64,000 nucleotides of DNA from Octopus vulgaris (taxonomy: Eukaryota), in the NCBI GenBank assembly GCA_951406725.2, contig OX597842.1:31744001-31808000 (forward strand), given 5' to 3'. The notes beneath the pieces were generated by a model. That model saw only the letters and a program-made list of their open reading frames with translations, searched no databases and was not told where the DNA came from. A program made the translations under genes and the position numbers. Positions within the stretch are counted from its first letter, which is position 1, and the number at the start of each line of letters is the position of its first letter. Of the stretch, positions 57,400 to 64,000 are shown piece by piece.

Positions 57400-60300
57400 G
57401 AGGAGGGTGCTTTCCTTGCTATTTGGCCACCCTGCAGGATTAGATACAAGGCCTGTCAAAGGGTGGATAAACTCTGAAGAGTCAACAGCCATTAAAATAA
57501 GCAACTCTCATGATTAGCTGTGATGCTTATTAAGTCCTTCCCTGCTTAAGACAGCGGCGATAGTAACAACTCCACTGCCTAGTAGCAATATCCACTTAAG
57601 GGAAAGGCTTTGGGAGTAAACCCTTTAGGATAAGTTGGGAGCCAGAATCCCTTAGGCAGTTTGATGCTGTAGACAACCTCATTCTGGCAACTCCTGTGGC
57701 TCCACTGGTGCCAAGTTGTATTGGGCAAAGCCCTTCTCTTGGATAATACTGGTTGCAGTGGACAGGGGAGACGGGTCACATGGGCAACTGTCAATCTCCC
57801 ATGAACAACTGCCCTGGCTTCTACCCTAGGGAGGACACTCCAGTGCTGTCTAACAGCATCAGTAAAACATGGAAAGCAGCAGTCTACTGTTTTAAGCCTG
57901 CACATAATTGGCATAAGAACAAAGGGCTGCCTTCAACAGAGGGAGAGGCCATTGTGCCTCACTGGACAGTACCCCAGCCAATTAGGTGCTGTCCCATCAC
58001 AGCCCACCTGCTCCACTAGGCATGTGGGGATTAGGGAAACTAACATCTCAAATTGTGGGCTGTAAACATTGCACGAAAAAAAACGAACAAACAAGCAAGT
58101 AAACGTAAAAAAAAACAGCATTCAGGCTCAGATGTTGCAACATAAGGACCATGACAACTGGTGTGTCAGAGGATCTTCTAAAAATCAGTGACACACGCAA
58201 GACAGCAGTGATCAACAATGAACTGCTGTGACTCTGAGTGGACATTGCAATACTCCAGGAAATGAGGCTCCCAGATTTGGGGACCCTTCATGAAAGAGAG
58301 TATAGCTTTTTCTGGCAAGAGAAAGGCATAGATGAAGTGAGAGAGCCTGGTGTTGGCTTTGCTATAAAAACCTCTCTGATAAAGTTGGTAGAAGTCAACA
58401 GTGATGGTTCATACTTCGATTGCATACTTCTGATAGGCCTGTCAACCTGATCAATACATATGTGCCAATCCTCTATTCCACACAAGATGTCAAGGATAAG
58501 TTTTATGATCAACTCTCCAGGAAAATACAGGTGATCCCAAATGGAGAACAGCTGGAGCTACTTAGTGACTTCAATGCCAGAGTGGGAGCAGATCACGACT
58601 CCTGGCCAGGGTGTCTGGGTCGGTATGGGGTTGCTAACATGAAAGAAAAGGGGCAACAGCTGCTTGAGCTCTGCATGCTTCGAGAATGTGTGTCACCAAC
58701 ACCTACTTTCAGTAGCTGAACAGTGGGTCTCCTGGCATCACCATTGCTTAGGGCATTGGCACCAGATAGATTTGAAGATCATGAGATGCAACCACCTGAG
58801 GAATGTGCTCCAGACTCAGTCTTTTCAGAGTGCTGTGACACAGACCACTCTGGCTTACTGCAATCTCAAACTCCAACCAATAATGATGCACTGCATCTGG
58901 TCCCCACGCAAGAAGTGCAACGATGCTACCGCAAACCAGCAGCTAAATTAAGACAAATAAATTCCTCAAATCCTTGGACAATGCTCTCCATGCAAACCCA
59001 CCAGAAGGCATTGTTCAGCAGAGCTGGGACTGTCTCAGGGACATAAGCCATTGTATTGCACTGAGGGTCTTTGGGAGGAGGAGGAAGATGACGCAAGATT
59101 GTTGAGACAAGTGTGGAAGAGATCAATAGCCGCATGGAGGTGAAGTGTGCTGCCATGCTTAAAGCACAAACACCAACCCACCAGGGCAACACTGCAAGTA
59201 TTGAGATCGGCAAGGAAGAGTGAGATGGTGCGCAAATGACTACTGGTTACAACTATGTGTAGATACCCAGCTGTCGTTGGACATAGACAGCATTCATGAA
59301 TGTATGAGGGTATGAAGAAAGCCCCTGGCCCAACCCAGAGCAAGATAGAATCCAGAACAGCAGAAGTTATCAAGGACAAAAGAGAGCAGCTGGGGAGAAC
59401 CTTATTCTGAACTCTACACCAAGAAAAACATCTCAGACAGAGCACTAGATACTGGAGAATACCTAGCTGGTATGGAGGAGCTGGACATAATGCCAAATGA
59501 GGGAAAACTGAGGAGAGCCATTAACAGCTTGCTCACTGGAAAAGTACTGAGTTTGGATGGCATCCCACCAGAAATCATCAGATGTGCAAGGAGGAGAGTT
59601 CTACTCAGCCACTTGCTGAAGCTATTGTGTCAGTACTGGGAGGAGGGTGGGATCAGTCCCACAAGACAAAGGAGACAAAAGCAACTGCAACAGTTACTGA
59701 GGCTTTCTGCTGTTAAGCATTGTGAATAAGGCATTTGCCTCCATAGTCCTACACAGAAAATCACTGAGAGGGTATACTCTAAATTTCAGTGCGGTCTCAG
59801 ATCAGAATGCCCAACCATCATCATGATATTCTCTCTTTGTTAGCTGCAGGAGAAGTGATGAGAGCAAAGGCAACCACTCTTTATTATCTTCAGTGATCTC
59901 AAAATGGCTCTTGACCTAGTTAGTAGAGATGGCCTGCTCAAAATCCTTTCCAAGATTGGCTGTCCTCCAAGACTTCTCAGGATTGTCCAATCGTTTCGTG
60001 TAGATATGAAAGATGTCATTCAATTTGATGGTTTTTCTTCAGAGGTATTCAACATACTTAGAGGCATGAAGCAGGGCTGTGTGCTGGCTTCCACCCTGTT
60101 TGGCATCTTCTTTGCAGTCATGCTGAAACATACATTTAAGGCATCAACTGATGGTGTTTACTTTCACACCAGATCAGACAGTAAACTGTTTAGTCTGCTG
60201 AGGCTGAAAGCAAAATCCAGAGTGTGCCAGGTACTCCAGCAGCATCATCTGTATCTGTGTTGGTTCAGTCATTACATTGCATGTCGGATGGAAGGATCCC

Positions 60301-60700
60301 AAAAGACTTCCTGTATGGGAAATTGGCCACTGGCACAAGAGCATGAGGATGACCTCATCTTTGTTTCAAGGATATCTGTAAGAGGAATGTGAAGTCACTT
60401 GATCTGGATGTCCTGTGATGGGAGGAGGTCACAAATGATTGCCCACACTTGAGACAAATACTGCAAAAGAGGAGGAAGATAAACAGGAACCTGCCACCAA
60501 AAAGAAGTGCACTCAGTGGAAGGCAAAACCAGTAGTGCCGACAGAGAGCTCCTACAAATGCAGTCACTGTATGTGTGACAGCCACTCCCATGCAGGCCTC
60601 TGCAGCTACAGCAGACACTGCATCACCAGCAGCACCTGACACAATTTCTTCAGGTGCAAATCCATGGCTTCTCAAGACCGACAGATACCTACTATAGTAT
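57400..60700 (+). mobile_element. Decayed RTE/BovB-like LINE of a second family
   Basis: NIRTMTTG...DIAILQEMRL, DFNARVG, GMKQGCVLASTLF and C-terminal CSHC..SHAGL..SRHC finger; many stops; 5' boundary uncertain. Confidence 0.82.
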
Positions 60701-62351
60701 GCTCAAATTAATGACACACTATACACCAAAAGGGAAACAAAATTAGATTTGTGACAATGAAACAAGTGAATCACTCACAGAGCACTCATGACACATCTAG
60801 TCCTTATGATGAACCACAACCACAATAGTAAAAACACAAGTTGTAGGCAATAAAGAGAAAGGACATTAATATCAATAGTGCTTAATGCACTTAGAAGCAT
60901 CAGCACTTAACCCCCAACGTGGCTCAAACACACTGGGGCAATCTAAAGATAGAAAACCTAAAAATTATCATTGTCTGGAACTACAAGACTTGACACTTTT
61001 CATCAAAAACTAATTATAATAATGATAATTTTCTGATGATTGCAAGCTGTGAGGAGAAATTGTAGTGGAAGCTAAGTGACATTGTGGCCTTCCATACATA
61101 TAGGGATACCCTTTTACAGCCATGAGCCACCTCTCACACATAACTCTGTTGTCTATCAAACTACCCCCATAACCCCACATTCCCATTGTTGGCCCCTCTA
61201 TCTCGTCTTTACTATACCCACTGTTCCCTGTAGGTAAGTTCTCTCTCTCTCTCTCACCCTCTGATTGTCTCTCTGTCTCTCCTAACTTCCTCTCCTTTCT
61301 TGCCTGGCTGAGATAACCAAGTATCTCCTTGGCCCTTTTGCTTCCACTCCTCCTCTCAGTTGACACGTCCTGGCCATCAGAGTTCATCTGTGCTGGAGCC
61401 ATGTAAAAAGTACTTGTCCCTACTGGTGCCACACATAAATCACCTGTGCTGGTGCCACATGTAGAGCTCCTGTGCTGGTGCCATGTAAAAGGTACTCAGT
61501 TCGCTCAGTAAAGTGGTTGGCATTAAGAAGGGCATCCAGCCATAGAGACCATGCCAAAACAGACAATTGGGGCCTAGTACAGCCCTCCAATAAGAGAACT
61601 CACTGAAATACTTGTATCAGAGGGAATTTCAGTAAATACAGCCACGGTGGCAAGGGTTGGTGCGAAACGAAATGATGGATTAAGTTCACAATCCAGCATT
61701 GCCATGGCAGGATTTGAAATCAGAATGCCAAGTACTGAAACGAACACCACAGAAGATCTTCTGTCATTCTTCTACTTCTATGAATCCAACAGAGAAGATG
61801 GACATTTTTATGAATTGTGAAGGAATAAAAGGCTAGTATGGCACCAGCAGGATTTGAACTCAGAATGCCAAGGGCTGAAACATAGATTAGAAGGTTTCCT
61901 ATCTGACACCTTAACAACTCTGCCAATTTGGACGACAGCAGACTGTGATTTAAGAGACACTTGGCTGCTATTACTAGCACGTCAAACCAACTTTGAGAAG
62001 AAATGTAAAGAATTGTGGAAAGTGTTTCCAAAGCGTTCCACTTTGAAGAACAGAAATGAAAGAAAACCATCAGTGTTCTGGTGGTGCCATTAACACATTT
62101 TTGGTTGGTCAGTAACCAAAATGGAATTGTTGAAGGATGTTGTGGGTAGGTAGTGGCAATGGTGGTGGTGGAGGTAGCTACACTGAATCCATATCAAGTT
62201 TCAAAGAATTAAATCATGGAATGGAAGAGTTGAAGAAAACCAAGCTAACCTAAAAGTATGGTAGACAGGGCCATGAAGACACATCAAAGATTCCAACATT
62301 CCAACTGAAGAATTCTAAGACACCAACAAATAAATTTACAAAATAATTCCA

Positions 62352-63268
62352 TACAGTAAGAAGTCTTTGGCCACTTTAAACTATTGTAAATTTCTACTGA
62401 TTGCCAACTTATAAGTGGATGTTTCACATTGCATTTTTCATAGATGAAACATTGACCCTGTTGGAGTAATTTCCATACCTAATCATTATATTTTGTAGTA
62501 GGAATTCTGAATGAGAGGGGAAGACGTGAGATGACCATCAAAAATGGCCATCCAAAAGTTTTCAGCCACCTTACATAAACCAATCAAGATTCAGTGTTTT
62601 AAAACAGAAAAAATGTCTATAATGAAAATTTATTACATAATGCACATTTCAAGAAGTTACTGTGCATTGTTAATATTCCATGTGGCTTCCCTTAGCTTTA
62701 AAAATGTCTTCAATGCGCCTGGGAAGAGATGTGTACAAATCCATCTTTATAGGTATGAGATGCCATTCTTTGTGGTTGAGCTCCCATAGCTGGATTCATT
62801 TGGCACTATTCAAGTTACCTCTCTCTCTCTTTACTCTTTTTACTTGTTTCAGTCATTTGACTGGGAAGAGATGTGTACAAATCCATCTTTATAGGTATGA
62901 GATGCCATTCTTTGTGGTTGAGCTCCCATAGTTCTTCAAAATTGCATGGATTCTTCTGATGGACTCTCCTCTTTAGTTCTGTCCACATTTGCTTGATAAT
63001 ATTTAAGCCAGGACTCTGGGCTGGCCAGTCTTTCAATACAGTAACACTTTCATCAGCCAGATTCTGTTGTGTTGCATGCAAACTGAGGAATGGAGCTCCA
63101 TTAAGCTGAAAAATCTCTCCTTCATCCAAATTGTCCTTCAGCAACTGGATACATTTGGCACTATTCAAGTTACCATTAATTTTAACCAATTTTCTTGAAC
63201 CATCACTTTTTATGTATACCCAAAGCATCAGACTCTTTCCCACAAACTTCACTGTTTTCATTGTGTAA

Positions 63269-63302
<34 letters not shown>

Positions 63303-63748
63303 GTTTAACATCCGCTTTCCATGCTAGCATGGGTTGGACGGTTCAACTGGAGTCTGGGAAACTAGAAGGCTGCACCAGGCCCCAGTCTGATCTGGTAATG
63401 TTTCTATGGCTGGATGCCCTTCCTAACGCCAACCACTCTGTGAGTGTAGTGGGTGCTTTTTACGTGCCACCGGCACGGGGGCCAGGCGAGGCTGGCAACG
63501 GCCACGATCGAATGGTGCTCTTAACGTGCCAACATATAAGTGAGAATTTGTCAGAAAGCCTCATCACATCTTCCCCTCTCATTCGGAACTTCTACTACAA
63601 AATACAATGATTAAGTATGGAATTAACTCCAACAGGGCCAATGTTTCATCTGTAAACAAACACGATGTGACAAATCCACTTATAAGTTGGCAATTACTAG
63701 AAATTTACAATTGTTTAAAGTGGCCAAAGACTTTTGCACAGTACTATA
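62352..63748 (-). mobile_element. Tc1-like DNA transposon remnant with ~190-bp TIRs and a nested SINE (63268-63530)
   Basis: 62360-62535 is reverse-complementary to 63560-63735. ORF 62815..63261 has LMLW, EIFQLNGAP and DWPAQSPGLNII. Confidence 0.85.
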
Positions 63749-63839
63749 TTTTTGTTTCTATTTCCTTCCTTTGTTGCAGAATATTTTTTTCGATGAATTC
63801 CAAAAATATCAACATAAAACAACAAATACGTCAACCAAC

Positions 63840-64000
63840 CTTTACTATTTCTGTGTCTTGAGGATAAACCACAAAGTTTACAACTTTGATCTGGCTTGAA
63901 TTTAGATCTGAGTAGTTTTTGACTGCTTCATACATAATTCCAGGTAGGTTTTCTATGGGGTACTTCAATTTTCCAGCTCCTATTATAGGAAATGCCAAGC
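63840..64000 (-). CDS. PARP9/14/15-like macrodomain exon (partial; upstream macrodomain copy)
   Basis: LAFPIIGAGKLKYPIENLPGIMYEAVKNYSDLNSSQIKVVNFVVYPQDTEIVK|gttggt; close paralogue of 36647-36874. Confidence 0.9.

Overview
Eukaryotic, repeat-dense genomic DNA. The (TA)n load and the RTE/SINE repertoire suggest an octopus or other cephalopod; this is inference only. The first ~26 kb is a mosaic of long (TA)n/(TACA) microsatellite tracts separating APE-RT LINE copies. The five copies in 1-17 kb alternate in orientation (-,+,-,+,-). Penelope-like pLTR pieces carrying minimal hammerhead ribozyme motifs and fold-back hairpins lie among them. One near-full-length LINE (20.5-24.5 kb) has an unusual ORF1 with a Myb/SANT-trihelix-like N-terminus and a CCCH finger. 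From 31.3 kb to the right edge lie six minus-strand exons of a PARP9/14/15-like tandem macrodomain gene, reconstructed with consistent GT-AG sites and phases. Its introns are filled with RTE LINEs, SINEs and Tc1/maT, Gypsy, Helitron and Penelope remnants. Most ORF-track entries are artefacts of simple repeats or antisense frames. All calls are by eye, without database searches.
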